A DNA stretch of 63,744 nucleotides, counting the filler, from Globobulimina sp. (lineage: Eukaryota), in assembly GCA_003354225.1 (NCBI GenBank). It is 26 parts of 26 records of this genome, joined end to end, with 100 filler letters (N's around TTAATTAATTAA, not from the genome) between each part and the next. Parts side by side here need not be neighbours in the genome. Positions count along the whole stretch, not along the records: positions 9,829 to 12,185 come from PIVH01007177.1; positions 12,286 to 14,641 come from PIVH01007178.1; positions 14,742 to 17,097 come from PIVH01007179.1; positions 17,198 to 19,553 come from PIVH01007180.1; positions 19,654 to 22,009 come from PIVH01007181.1; positions 22,110 to 24,465 come from PIVH01007182.1; 20 more parts are not named here. One strand, 5' to 3'. The notes beneath the pieces were generated by a model. The model saw nothing but the letters and a program-made list of their open reading frames with translations, did no database searches and was not told the origin of the DNA. A program made the position numbers and the translations under genes. The first letter of the stretch is position 1. The number at the start of each line of letters is the position of its first letter. Positions 10,147 to 22,475 of this stretch are shown here, one piece after another.

Positions 10147-11796
10147 ATGGCAGTTGATATTTTATCGCAAGTAGTTGATGATCCATTTGCGAGTTGGATC
10201 AAATTCGAAGACGATGTGGAATATCACGCCACATTTAGTCAGCAACAGACCATTCCCAACAAAAGCGATCCTTTCGACATATTTACATTTATGAATGAGG
10301 AGAAACAGAATTTGCAACAGAAAGAAAATAATAATATTGAGAGTTTATTAGATTTCAATAAAATGCCATCCAATATTTCATCATTATTTGTCAACAAAAA
10401 GAAACCAAAATTGTGCGATTTGTATAATAAAAGACAAAACAAATCCAAATCAGATGCATTGTCATTGAATATTGTTGGATTGAACACAAATAATTATTTA
10501 CCATCAAAATTAAACAAAGCAACATTGCAAATAATAGAAAATGAGCCGTTTAAACTGAATAAAATTGCAACAAATTTAACAGTACATAGCAAAGTACGCG
10601 ATTTAGAGTCATTTATTCGGCGAATCTATAAAATAAATAATAACATTGGAATATTAATGGTATATTCACATTGCATACTATTAAATGCGCAAAATGCGTT
10701 AAAATCGTATGGAATCTGTGATAATTCGTGTATATTTATTGCAATTTGCGAGGATTTATTCAAATATAACTCCTTCATATTAAGTCACGATAACTCTGCT
10801 GATGACTTCTCGAAATTATTCAATGTGTTGAGGTCTGCCAATACATTATTTATTTTCTAATTAATTTATTAAATATTTGTGCTATTTTCCCATATATTAA
10901 GCACTGATTATTTAGAATTTGAACGTTTGCAATCAAAGATAGTGAATGAAATACATCGATATCAATTAAATGGATTCGAATGTAAACAAATAACAGATTT
11001 AGATATATTGACATATGAAATGGACACAAATTGCGTTGCGATGCCCTGTGGACATGGAATGACTGCAAATGCGTTGCATAGCTATGTCGAATCGGAACTA
11101 AATGCAAACAAAATATTTATTAAATGTCCGCATATAAAACCAGATTCGAACCAAAAATGTGGGGAAATTTGGTATTTTCCGATTATAAGGTACTTTGCGC
11201 ACAAATTGCTGCAAATAAATGCACAAAATATGTACTTTGGAATATTTAGATATATTTTGATGAAATCGACGCAATTTAAGTTGAATAATTTGATGCGGTT
11301 AGAATTATTGTCATCGCTCAACACATTCAAAACATATTATCATAGCTCCAAATGTCGGCAATGTAAACATAATTTGTACCGACATTTTTGCGATGATAAA
11401 GACCGCAAAATATCTCACTGTCCGTTGTGTGTTAATACATTTTGTTGGAAATGTGGTGGAATTTGGTTGGATAAAACGTCAACAAAACGCTGTGGGAATA
11501 GCAACTGCAATGATTTGGAGAGCGAAGTGTTGCAAATATTGTCCCAATGCGCCTTGAAAAGAGTTGGTTCGGTTTGTGGTGTTCCGTCCATTCGATTGTG
11601 TCCATCCTGCAGTCAGTTAATAAATCACACGGAAGGCTGTAAGCATATGAATTGCCCGCGATGTAAAGCAAATTTTTGTTTTGTTTGTTTGAAAGTAATG
11701 GTTGATAATGATTGGCAATGCGGGTCATCTTCGACAATATGTCCCGTAGCACCCAAACAAACAAATTGTATCCATCAAAAAAAGCAAATATCATAG
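10147..11796 (+). CDS. RBR-type (RING-IBR-RING) E3 ubiquitin ligase with ubiquitin-like domain; introns 10833-10901 and probably 11190-11249
   Basis: Ubl-like KVRDLESFI..LKSYGICDNS; MPCGH..CP; CPLCVNTFCWKC; CPSC...GCKHMNCPRCKANFCFVC (RING2). Confidence 0.85.
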
Positions 11797-12285
11797 CTTC
11801 ATATAAAAAAATTAAATGTGAATATTTCTTTTGCTGTTTTTTGTGTTGAGTAAAATTAAGAAAGTGTTATATCTTCTTATTTTATTTTGTGCCAATAAAC
11901 TGTCTCTACATAGCAAGAGACCAAAACTAGCAAAGGGGGTTTGACAAAGTTTTATTTCACTTCAAACATTAAAACTTATCTCAGTCAATTCGATGTTCAC
12001 CAAATGTATTATCATTATAATGATCTTAAACATTGTATCAATGAGTTCCTGCAGTAACAAGAGCCGATTAATAGGTTCAGACGATTTATTAAGTCACATC
12101 TATCAATGGCTAACATCCACGGAATTAGTAGACAAATATTTGAATCCTGAAAACATTCGTTTTAGGAAAGTGGCAGAGTCTGTGCNNNNNNNNNNNNNNN
12201 NNNNNNNNNNNNNNNNNNNNNNNNNNNNNTTAATTAATTAANNNNNNNNNNNNNNNNNNNNNNNNNNNNNNNNNNNNNNNNNNNN

Positions 12286-12950
12286 TTGGTGATCATTATA
12301 ATGCGTTACCTGAATACAAATTGAATAACATGGAAAAAGAATATGTATCACCTCCGACATATCCTATTACTATCAATAATAATAATGATATTGAACATAT
12401 ATTGCCGCCAATTATTCCATATGATAAAGTCAATAAAGTTGATGAGGATACAAAACCCAAACAGAAACTTGAAGAAACGAAAGAAATCGAACAATGTGAA
12501 GAAGAATATTATAATGACAAATATCCACGAAAAGAGCTTGAGAGTATTTCAGACGATGACAGTGAAGAAGAAGAAGAAAGTGAGGAAGATGAAAGTGAGG
12601 AAGATGAATCTGAAGAGGACAGTGAGTATGATGCGGATGACATTGATATGGAAGAATATAAACCTCGGAAAAAAACAAAAAAAAGCAAATTCACTGAACA
12701 TCAAATGAAGCAAATAAATCAAGAAATTGTATCAAATCATACAATGTGGATTTTATGGCAAATTCAAGAAAACGAACTATTGGATTCATTATTTAGCACT
12801 GATGACTCATTAAGAGACGCATTGAAAGCATTTATGATCACAAATAAATTATTTTCGAGTCATACTGGTTTATGGCCTCGTTCCTTTCAAAGATTAACAT
12901 ATTTTAAATTGAAGGATAAGTTATTCCAATATTGTTTGGAGAACTATTGA
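12286..12950 (+). CDS. Acidic low-complexity hypothetical protein, 5' partial
   Basis: Open frame with (EEDES)n tract and basic patch. Confidence 0.55.
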
Positions 12951-13179
12951 AGTATTCAACTAAGAATGATATCGCTGTATATACTCAATATTATTTAATT
13001 TAGTTTGTTGGGAAACCAATCCATTCTCTAAATTGCTCAAATCGCTCAAATCGGGCCTTGCCCCATATTTAAAGTCCAATTCTCCTGTTGCTGGTTAGAA
13101 AAACTAAGAGTCAGAAACGGTCTAAATATCCGTCATCTATTTTATTTAAGCTGTTTTTCAAACACTTAGTTTAGTGCTC

Positions 13180-14641
13180 ATGAACCTTAATAGGAAGCTC
13201 TCTGACTCGTCATCGTCATCAAATTCTGCTGATCTCGCAGTACCTCCAAGTCCTCCGGCTCATGATGGCAGAGATGAGACTGACACGCAGAGCAAATCTA
13301 TCTTCCCTCGAATACAGCCTCCGTCCATTTTACGTCTGCATGAAGGCGATGAAATAAAATCAACCATCTCGCAAGGCATGAAAATATATATTTATCCGCC
13401 ATGCACATACAACAACATATGCCTATAAATGATATAAAGGCATGTCGCAATATGCGAGTAACATATCCATCCGGTCATTGATCAAAATTGGAGCAGCAGA
13501 TACTACGAGAATGTTGTTATCCAAATCTGATGCATTGATCAATATTTGTAAATGTTTCACGGGCGCTTCCTTATTTGTGCTCCCTTGGGCTTTTTTGCAA
13601 TCTGGAATGGTGTTAGGTGCCGTATCCTTTATATTGCTCGCATTCCTCACCTATTACACCACATATTGGCTCGTCTTATGTGGCCATATGCATCCGACCA
13701 ATGATTGTCCCACATATCCGGACATTGCGTATGTGGCCTTTGGTCAAATTGGTTTTTACGTCGCATGGCTCGGCATATTGATGATGACAATGGGTGCCTG
13801 CGGTTCGTATTTGGTTTTCATTGGATCGCAGTTGGAGACCATTATAGAAATTGACGCATTAGAACAACATGTCATCATTTTGCTTGTTTCTGTGCCAATA
13901 ATGTTGTTGTCATTATTGAGGAGTTATCGTTTTTTAGTACCTTTTAATGTTTTAGGCTTATTCTCGTTATTTTTCTCTGCGATTATGGTCATTGTGCAGG
14001 CATCAAACGGTATTCCTACTACTTATGATTGGAATTATTACAATGATTTTAATATTAAGGTATAATATGACATCGCAGTCAATTTCCAACAGCATTCTGT
14101 TGGGAATTTTGTGTTGTTGTTGTTTCTGTATATTACATAAATTGCATTTAATCCATGTGCCACATTTAAGGATTTATGGGGTTCGTACCCGCATTTTTTG
14201 GGGAATGCAGCATTTGCATTTTTGATCCATAGCGTAATATTGCCCATCGAGGAGGGTATGAATGATCGCAGAAAAGACAGAGTGTCCACAGATTTCATGC
14301 AGTCATTGAATCGTTCAATTGTTATTATTACAATTTCATTTTTAATATTTGCACAATATACTTTTTTTTCATTTGGACATGGAACCTGCGGCAATATTAT
14401 AGACAATTTGGATGCGAGCAAATGGTCCAATAAGTTGGTCATCGTGGCATTGTGCATAAATTTATTCTTTACCTATCCATTGTTTTTATTTCCTATGGCG
14501 GAGTGCTTAGAATTAACCATCTTTAAATTTGATGTTAATCCAGAAAACGGGAAGGCATTGGATGGCAAACTTGAGATAAAAAGGAACATTTTGAGGATAT
14601 TATTGATTTTGCTAAGTTGCGGCATTGCAATGATAGTGCCA
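13180..14641 (+). CDS. Amino acid transporter (AAAP/SLC36-38-like), 3' partial; introns 13376-13439 (GC-AG) and 14060-14170
   Basis: NICKCFTGASLFVLPWAF..SG, TYPDIAYVAFG, GNAAFAFLIHSVILPIE, FFTYPLFLFP. Confidence 0.9.
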
Positions 14642-14741
14642 NNNNNNNNNNNNNNNNNNNNNNNNNNNNNNNNNNNNNNNNNNNNTTAATTAATTAANNN
14701 NNNNNNNNNNNNNNNNNNNNNNNNNNNNNNNNNNNNNNNNN

Positions 14742-15984
14742 CCCTTTATCGCGTGCCATCGCCCCCGTTGTCAGCTCAATTTGCAGCATGATAATGCCCG
14801 TTGCCTTATACATCTTATTTATATGGCTGATGGATGAATTTTCAACGCAGTATTCCTTCGACACCTTATTAAATGGATGGGCCATCCCAATGTCTACCGA
14901 TGTCGCTTTGTCGTGGGCCGTATCAACGTTTGTCTTCAATGAACATTTGGATTACACTTCGACGCAAGCAAGTTTACGCGAAATGCATCCCTGCATTTCA
15001 TTTCTTTTATTATTGGCAATCTGTGATGATATTTTAGGCATAGTTGCAATTGGCATATTTTATAAGAAGGACACGAAGAACATTGACTCCATTGATGTGA
15101 GATGGTTGTTGTTGGTGTTTGGTGCCATGGTTTTAGCCTTCATGGCCAACAAATTGATGTCTCTGCATCTTTGGTGGTATTATATATTTATCGTCGGCTC
15201 AATCTCGTGGGTTGGCTTCCTATTATCCGGTATCCATCCCGCCATCGCACTGATTCCTATCATGCCCTTTATGGTAATCTACAAAGGACAGAGACGACGG
15301 GTTGCCAGTATCAGTGAGTTAAAATATATTTATATTATGTTTCTTGTCAACGTTTTTTGTGCAGAAACGGTGTGTGTTTGATCTGACTGTTACGAATTAA
15401 TAAATTTATCGTTTGTGACAGGTGACAATGAGCCTTTAATCCATCTCTCGCCTTCAACTACTAATTACAACGAATATTCGTTGCATATGTTGAATAAATT
15501 CGAAAAGAGAATTGGCCGATTTGTGGAATATGGGTTGTTTTTTTTCACTTATTGCAATGCAGCCGTACAATTCTCGGATTTCGGGGCCATTTCGCTTTGT
15601 GTGTTTGCAAGTTTATTCCTTGGTAAAATTAGTGGGATAACATTCGGCTCGTTTATGGTGAATAAAGTGTGTGGGTTCGCATTGCCGGCTCATATGACCT
15701 TAGGACAAATACCGTTGGTTGGGTTTTGTGGCGCAATTGGTTTGATTGTGGCATTATTTATATCGGACATAGCATGGGAAGATCAGGCCATTATCGATCA
15801 AGCAAAAATGGGAATATTGTGTGGTGCTATTTTTATAATTACGGTGGCTTTGTTGTATCGATTTGTCACTAAACCATCGCCTATTTATTCAATGAAACAT
15901 GAACCACCAATTCAAAGTGTTCAAAGTGTCCAAGCTGAAGAAATGTCAAAAACGTCAAAAACAAGTGAATTGGTGCAAGTATAA
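14742..15984 (+). CDS. nhaA: NhaA-type Na+/H+ antiporter, 5' partial; intron about 15314-15421
   Basis: GWAIPMSTD, FLLLLAICDD, SGIHPAIA, LFLGKISGI, AIGLIVALFI..AKMGIL; GTGAG donor and CAG acceptor join in frame. Confidence 0.88.
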
Positions 15985-16137
15985 GCCAATTCATTCCAGT
16001 GAATAAAAAAATCACTTTTAGCATTTTTACTCATATTGAGAATTGTCTCAATGTGTACAAATATTTTTAATCTATGAGTATTATTATTTATTTTATATTA
16101 AACTATTATTTGTAACACTGCAAAACTAAAAATTTTT

Positions 16138-17097
16138 TTAATTTACTCCCAATGTGGATGATAAGTCGGTATCATAACCATACCGACTTCGTACACGTCT
16201 GTTCTCCATTCGTTTTTTTACTAATGATTCACAGAAAAGCATCAAAACATAATGACATTTCCCACAAAATAATTTATATTCTTTTTTATTCATTTTCCAT
16301 CCCAAATAAATACAAAATAAATTTATCAAAATAAAACTCGATAAAAACCACTCGTAATAAATCCACTCAGTTTTTTGCTTCCTATCTGTTACGGAGAGTA
16401 CTATCATCATTAAAATATATAACAATCCAACAAATAACATAATACTGCCCAACAATGTTTGTTTTGTCACCACCTTCAACATGCTCAAATCAATGGAATC
16501 ATCCCATTCATGATAACGATAATCATTCATACTCGGACTTAAAACATTGGACGATAACATTCTCGTTTGTGAGTGTTCTGATATTAAAATAAACAGATTT
16601 CGGTTAAACGAAATCATTAAACTGAGCATTCCACATAAAATTAATATGGTTCCCGCAGCGGATAAATCAAAATAAACATTTGCTGAAACATGGAACAGAT
16701 TGAACTCATCACAGACAGTCAACACAGAATACCAAATTGGTATAAACAATGTGACCAAGATATGGAAATTTAGGAAACCTTTGGACATCGAAAACTGAGA
16801 TTCACGAAACGTTTCATATAATTTATAAATCAACAAAATATAAAATAACATCCATCCAATGATCCAAAATAAATATTCCAATAACGCACAAAATATATAT
16901 TCAACATTGAAACGCTTTTCATTGTCATCGTATAATATCACTATACAAATTAACCAAAATAAATAACTCAGAAAAAAACCAATCATATCAAATACAGCAA
17001 TTATACGAATTTTTTTAATCATCACTAAATCATCAGATGTTGAAAATTTATATATTGTCAAGAAAATTATCATCATAATGGATAGCATCATTGTTAT
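16138..17097 (-). CDS. 7TM receptor-like protein, same family as the contig-1 gene
   Basis: About 7 hydrophobic segments; LIYKLYETFRESQFSMS, VTKQTLL, YKLFCGKCH parallel the motifs in 1-1960. Confidence 0.72.
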   Translation of the reverse strand: MTMMLSIMMIIFLTIYKFSTSDDLVMIKKIRIIAVFDMIGFFLSYLFWLICIVILYDDNEKRFNVEYIFCALLEYLFWIIGWMLFYILLIYKLYETFRESQFSMSKGFLNFHILVTLFIPIWYSVLTVCDEFNLFHVSANVYFDLSAAGTILILCGMLSLMISFNRNLFILISEHSQTRMLSSNVLSPSMNDYRYHEWDDSIDLSMLKVVTKQTLLGSIMLFVGLLYILMMIVLSVTDRKQKTEWIYYEWFLSSFILINLFCIYLGWKMNKKEYKLFCGKCHYVLMLFCESLVKKRMENRRVRSRYGYDTDLSSTLGVN

Positions 17098-17197
17098 NNN
17101 NNNNNNNNNNNNNNNNNNNNNNNNNNNNNNNNNNNNNNNNNTTAATTAATTAANNNNNNNNNNNNNNNNNNNNNNNNNNNNNNNNNNNNNNNNNNNN

Positions 17198-19538
17198 AGG
17201 CGGGACAGATTTCTTTATCCACAGATCCTTGTTATCAATAGAAACACTCCATTGATTGGCTTGGAATTGTTTTTGAAATCTATCCAAAAAATCTTGTTTT
17301 GGATCCAAATTCTGATATTTTGCATATCTAAACTGTATTGTTCGCAGTTTAACTTTACCTCTCTGAATCTCTGCAGTTATTTGTTGTAATTGACAAAATA
17401 ATGCCGATATAAACCTATTGCTCATATTATTATCTCTCACATCTCGCGTTGCTGCAAAATCAACCTGCACTTTACTGCAATTTCTAAACAATAAACATAA
17501 ATTATCAAAATTCAACAAATTACTAACTTCGTTATGCATTAACAACGCTAAGAAACCATTATAATATTTATGTAAATATTCTATTCGAATCTTAATCACT
17601 TTCTTATTCAAACAAAATGCATTCCATGTTTCCATTATATATTCCGGGAACTTATTATTTCTTTTATTCATCAATTTCTTTATTATTTTATAATCCGTTT
17701 TGCTGATTAATGCACGTTCAGCCTCCAACGGATAATCCTTTGTTATCACATAATTAAACAACGCAAAGCTCTTTATAAAGAATTTATAATTTTCATTTGT
17801 TTTCATCGAGCGAACGGATCGAAACCCCAACGGTTTATATCCGCCTATAAGTAAAACAGAATTAATTATAAAGCGTACTCATCATAGCAGTGAGCAGTTA
17901 ATAACAAACCAAAAAAGAGCCTCTCGTCTTCATTGCCATAGCTTGATAACCAGCTGCAATAAAAATAAGTTAATCGGCCATCATCCATTCCTAACTCCAG
18001 TATCAATCCGTCGTTTTTGGCAAATGTGGTAGCAACACATATTTGGGCAGTGGTTGATGTTGGAGCGCAAAAATACGATACAAAGGAATCAATTTGCAAA
18101 TAACTAACGCCATGATAAAAAACGTTAATATCCGAATCCATAATATATGTGCCATAGCATTCCACAGTTTCCCTTTTTCAAAGCATAAAAATATGCGCAA
18201 ACCTGTAAAAAAAACGTGTGGATTTCCGAGAAAGCAGTACCTTAAAATTTTGCTCCAGTTCCAAAACTCTGAATTTCTTGTTTTCAAACTTGCATTCTTT
18301 TCATAACGATGTATTTTACGAAAGGTTTTGCTAAACTCATACGATAATGTATCATAATCACAGTACACAATAACCGCAATAATATTTTCTACTTTAATCA
18401 GTGAACCAGATGGAATTTCATATTTATCCAATAACTCACCGCAAGGAATTATATTTCTTCGACAATATTCAGATTTTAAATTCTCTGAAGCACGATATAA
18501 TACATTTTGATATTCGTTTGGTGAAATTGTCAATATTTTATTGCATAACAACTCAGATTTCAATGTAGAATATTTCCGATTAATAAACCAAAATTTGTAT
18601 TTATAGCCTTCGTTTGGTCCTTTTAGTTCTTTCTCGTCATTATTTCTATAATAATCCCAGTAATAATACCTATGACCAAATGAATATGTTGACTTATTTT
18701 CGGTTTTTTCGTCTACAGAATCTTTATGCTCATTATTGTTCATATTGGGATGAATTGTTTCTGTTTCTTCATTTTGCTGCATTTCTTCCTCGGAATCACT
18801 GGATTCGGATTGCATTTTAGTTAAAAATTTGTTATGTTGCATTCTATTCATACCACGGATAGATGATAATTTCTTGCGTTTTTCGTCGAGAATATCCCTC
18901 AATTGTTCCATTTGAATGTCTTTATACAAATATGAATCACTTTTTTTTTCATCGTTTGTAATATCAGCCTCAACTTTGGAGATTTCGTCTGCTTTTAATC
19001 TAAATCCAATATCAAACGAATGAACAAAGTAACAATGGATTGTGTCCATGGTATCGATGCAAAATTGAAGTGCAGCATCCTTATTTTTAATGGTATTGTT
19101 GTCATCGTCGGTATCACTCTGTTTCTCTCTGTGTCTATGATTGCGCGCTAATTTGGTACATTGGTCTAATGAGCAGTGATGAATATATTTCATGATTATG
19201 TTGTGAATTGATTCAAATTCTTTTTGTATTTCAATCACGGGTTTATTGTCTAGATGTTTATCAATAATATGATGATAATCAGTCAATAACAAATTATAAT
19301 TTCGTGGCTCAAAATATTTCGACAATGCATTTAATTCTTCATTCGATTGATAAAATTGTAATGCTTTACATAGTCTTTGTAAATATGCGCAATTCGTCAC
19401 TGATGTGCATGTATGATCGTAAGTATCTAATCTCTATACAATTGCAAAAACAATAGGTACGTATGTGCAATTCTGCTATATTAAACTGTTGAAAGTGTAC
19501 ATGTAGTGTAATACCTTTGTATTTTGTGGTTGCGCCAT
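17198..19538 (-). CDS. Large lineage-specific protein with ADP-ribosyltransferase-like motifs; introns 19434-19514, 18173-18240, 17845-17909; 3' partial
   Basis: Spliced reading MAQPQNTK/RLDTYD...KILR/ETVECYG...FYHG...PTSTT...EDERLFFG/GYKPL; all GT-AG and in frame. Confidence 0.8.
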
Positions 19539-19653
19539 TATGAGCCATTAAATNNNNNNNNNNNNNNNNNNNNNNNNNNNNNNNNNNNNNNNNNNNNTTA
19601 ATTAATTAANNNNNNNNNNNNNNNNNNNNNNNNNNNNNNNNNNNNNNNNNNNN

Positions 19654-20168
19654 TATAATATGTATCAGTGATAGCGGGCTGCATTGGGTACGGATGCGTT
19701 GCTCGTAATCGCATTAAGATTTCAATGATCTCTTCGACATTATATATGGATGTATTGTCTGTCTATTTTGTATTTTTGTATTTGTGTTGTTGTGTTTTTG
19801 TATACACTTACTTGGATTTCATAGTGTTCCACTGCTAAATCGATATAATATGCATCAAATCGCAGGGATTCTAAAGCTTGTTTGACATTCACTCGTGAAT
19901 AATATCTTAGTTTGGACTTTTTTTTTATTTTTTTCAATTTATCTTTGATGGTTAATCGATATATTATTTCTTTGATCACCATTATATTATAAATGAAATA
20001 ATGTTCCTGTCGCCAAATTGTATATGTTTGTAGATTGCAAATCAAAATATTTACTGTGTATACCTCGTATAGTTTAAGTGCTCGTTTTATCCGTTGTTCT
20101 TTGAAGCCCATTGTGGATAAATGGTTCAATGCAGTATATTTGGTGACTTTTTGTTGACGCAGTGACAT
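19654..20168 (-). CDS. Tandem UBA-like repeat protein, 3' partial; introns 20007-20063 and 19763-19811
   Basis: LSTMGFKEQRIKRAL (UBA MGF motif); homologous to the tail of the contig-1 protein. Confidence 0.65.
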
Positions 20169-20240
20169 TCTTTGTTTGCTTGATGAAAATTGGAAAAAAA
20201 CCAAGTGTGCTTGAAACAATGCAACAGTGAAACGGATAAG

Positions 20241-21008
20241 TTATACGTAATGTTTTCGTGGTTGATGTTGATAAAAATATCTGACCACTCTCCTCATTGG
20301 ATACAATTCTTTATCCTTAACCAACCGATGGTGTTTTATGAAATATAAGAAATACTGAAATGATGTGTTTAAATATGTTTGTATTTTAAGTGACGCGCAT
20401 TCCTGGAAATGAGCATAATAAATATGTCCATAGACCCTTACCATCCTTCTGCTTATTTTAGCAATTAACAATTTAAAATCTTTTGGAAATTTATATTCAT
20501 TTTTTTTATGTTTTTTTATATGTCCATTCGTTTGAGTTTGATGTTCCACATCTTTTTGTTCATCATAACTATGATTGTTCTCACTGCCATCATTATTATT
20601 ATCCTCCTCATAATATACATTGTCCTCATTATCAGAGTGAGCCTCGTCCTGTTCGTTTTTATTCCATCTCGGAAATGTTTTTCTGTCATTAATTATTTCT
20701 TTGCACCATTCCAATAAGAAATCAATATATTTGGGTGCGGATACAGCAATCGGTTGGATAAATTCTCGTGAATGCCATAGATATTCGAAATCCAATCCAG
20801 CTGACATTTTGGGACATACATCCTCATTACAGATCACATTCTCATGACGGATAATAGCACATAGTAACGATAATTCATTGTAAAATTGAACAATGTGCAC
20901 AGCATACCATTCATTAATATCAACTTGAGGTGGTAACCGGACAATATCTTGGATATCGGACACTATCATTACGTCAAGTTTGGTTGAGGAGTTATGTCTT
21001 TGTGACAT
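20241..21008 (-). CDS. MOB1: MOB kinase activator (Mob1/phocein family)
   Basis: VRLPPQVDINEWYAVH, CPKMSAG..EYLW, SAPKYIDFLLEW, RVYGHIYYAHF, LNTSFQYF. Confidence 0.92.
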   Translation of the reverse strand: MSQRHNSSTKLDVMIVSDIQDIVRLPPQVDINEWYAVHIVQFYNELSLLCAIIRHENVICNEDVCPKMSAGLDFEYLWHSREFIQPIAVSAPKYIDFLLEWCKEIINDRKTFPRWNKNEQDEAHSDNEDNVYYEEDNNNDGSENNHSYDEQKDVEHQTQTNGHIKKHKKNEYKFPKDFKLLIAKISRRMVRVYGHIYYAHFQECASLKIQTYLNTSFQYFLYFIKHHRLVKDKELYPMRRVVRYFYQHQPRKHYV

Positions 21009-21088
21009 GCTGTGTATGAGTTTAAGTATATTCAAGTATATTGAAGTATGGTAACTTTGTTAAATCAAGTCAAGACTAAAAACTAATA

Positions 21089-21700
21089 ATGGGAAACGCT
21101 AGTTCCATAATTTATCAAAAAAGAAGAGAGGGTGTTGCATGTAATAACAGATGTGATAAGGTGTGTTATTATTGCAGTACTAATTGGATTTTAGTTCCAG
21201 AACATTGTATGGATTATTATCACACATCTTTGGATGAATCGTCTCTTCCAGGTCCTCTTCATGTATTTCCTGGATATTGCAATGATTGTTATCATGAAAA
21301 GAGGAATAAACGTACAAACTCAATTACACATTTCATGGATCTACTTGATACAGATCAAAGGCAAAATAGATTGATCTCTGGTTATATTCGTCAAAATTCA
21401 AATGATAAATATATATTTCCTCGATCGTTACATAACATTTTTAGGGAATACATTGTTGATGCATTATCTGAGCAGCAATTGAAATCCAACACAGAAGTCG
21501 AAAAAGCAAACGGTGGATCAGATGTCATTTATATGGATTGTCAGCAATGTGGCTGTACATATAATACGATTGATATGACAATTGAACGAAGGTTCAACAG
21601 TTGGTGGTTTGCTGGATATTGTCACTATTGTTATATTAAAAGAAAGGAACATGTTTGTCTATATTCATGGTGTTCAACCCAAGACAGAAAAGACCGTTGA
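21089..21700 (+). CDS. Putative N-myristoylated protein with two Cys4 repeats
   Basis: MGNASS start; CxxC...GYCxxC twice; LISGYIRQ..FP motif. Confidence 0.65.
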   Translation: MGNASSIIYQKRREGVACNNRCDKVCYYCSTNWILVPEHCMDYYHTSLDESSLPGPLHVFPGYCNDCYHEKRNKRTNSITHFMDLLDTDQRQNRLISGYIRQNSNDKYIFPRSLHNIFREYIVDALSEQQLKSNTEVEKANGGSDVIYMDCQQCGCTYNTIDMTIERRFNSWWFAGYCHYCYIKRKEHVCLYSWCSTQDRKDR

Positions 21701-22270
21701 GAACTTATTATTTCCGCCTTATTTTCTCATTCAAAATAACAACGATTATTTGCATGTTATAAAGGAGGATGAGAGTTGACTCAATTCTCGATTGCTAAAC
21801 TTATTCAACTTTGTTTCGTATCATGATTAATTATCATTTCTTTTTTCAGTACAATTTATTTCGGATCATTTCTTATTTCGTATCATGATTAAAAAAAAAC
21901 ATGTACAGTTTTTTTACAGATAACATACGCAAACAGCTTGATCGTATTCGTCTGCGTTTCTTTTACGTTTGAGGTCAAATTCAACTGCGGCCCATTTAAA
22001 TATTTGCTGNNNNNNNNNNNNNNNNNNNNNNNNNNNNNNNNNNNNNNNNNNNNTTAATTAATTAANNNNNNNNNNNNNNNNNNNNNNNNNNNNNNNNNNN
22101 NNNNNNNNNTGTTTTGCATTCAAAAACAAACTACTAACATACTGTTTTTTTCAAAAAACACAGTCTTTCTACATTGTTCTTCATGGAAACACAATGTATT
22201 ATCGCAAAGTCAGTCATTGGATGATTGTTAATTGCAAATTCAATCTCAATCCAATGCACAGTCCACAAAC

Positions 22271-22341
22271 TCCTGCCTAGCTCAAGTAGAGCGCTGGATA
22301 GATATATCCAGAAGATTCAGGTTCAAAGCCTGAGGCAGCCC
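22271..22341 (+). tRNA. tRNA-like cloverleaf (probable pseudogene or SINE head); identity unassignable
   Basis: CTGCC/GGCAG acceptor stem, GCTC/GAGC D stem, CTGGA/TCCAG anticodon stem with 8-nt loop, TCAGG-TTCAAAG-CCTGA T arm. Confidence 0.65.
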
Positions 22342-22475
22342 CAACAAATTATTTGGTATTTATTATGGTATTTATTGGATTATTTATTATGGACTTAAAT
22401 TATGGTATTATTATATGTATATTATGGTATTTATTATGGGTACAAAAACGAAGAAAAACACAATGAACTCAAGCA

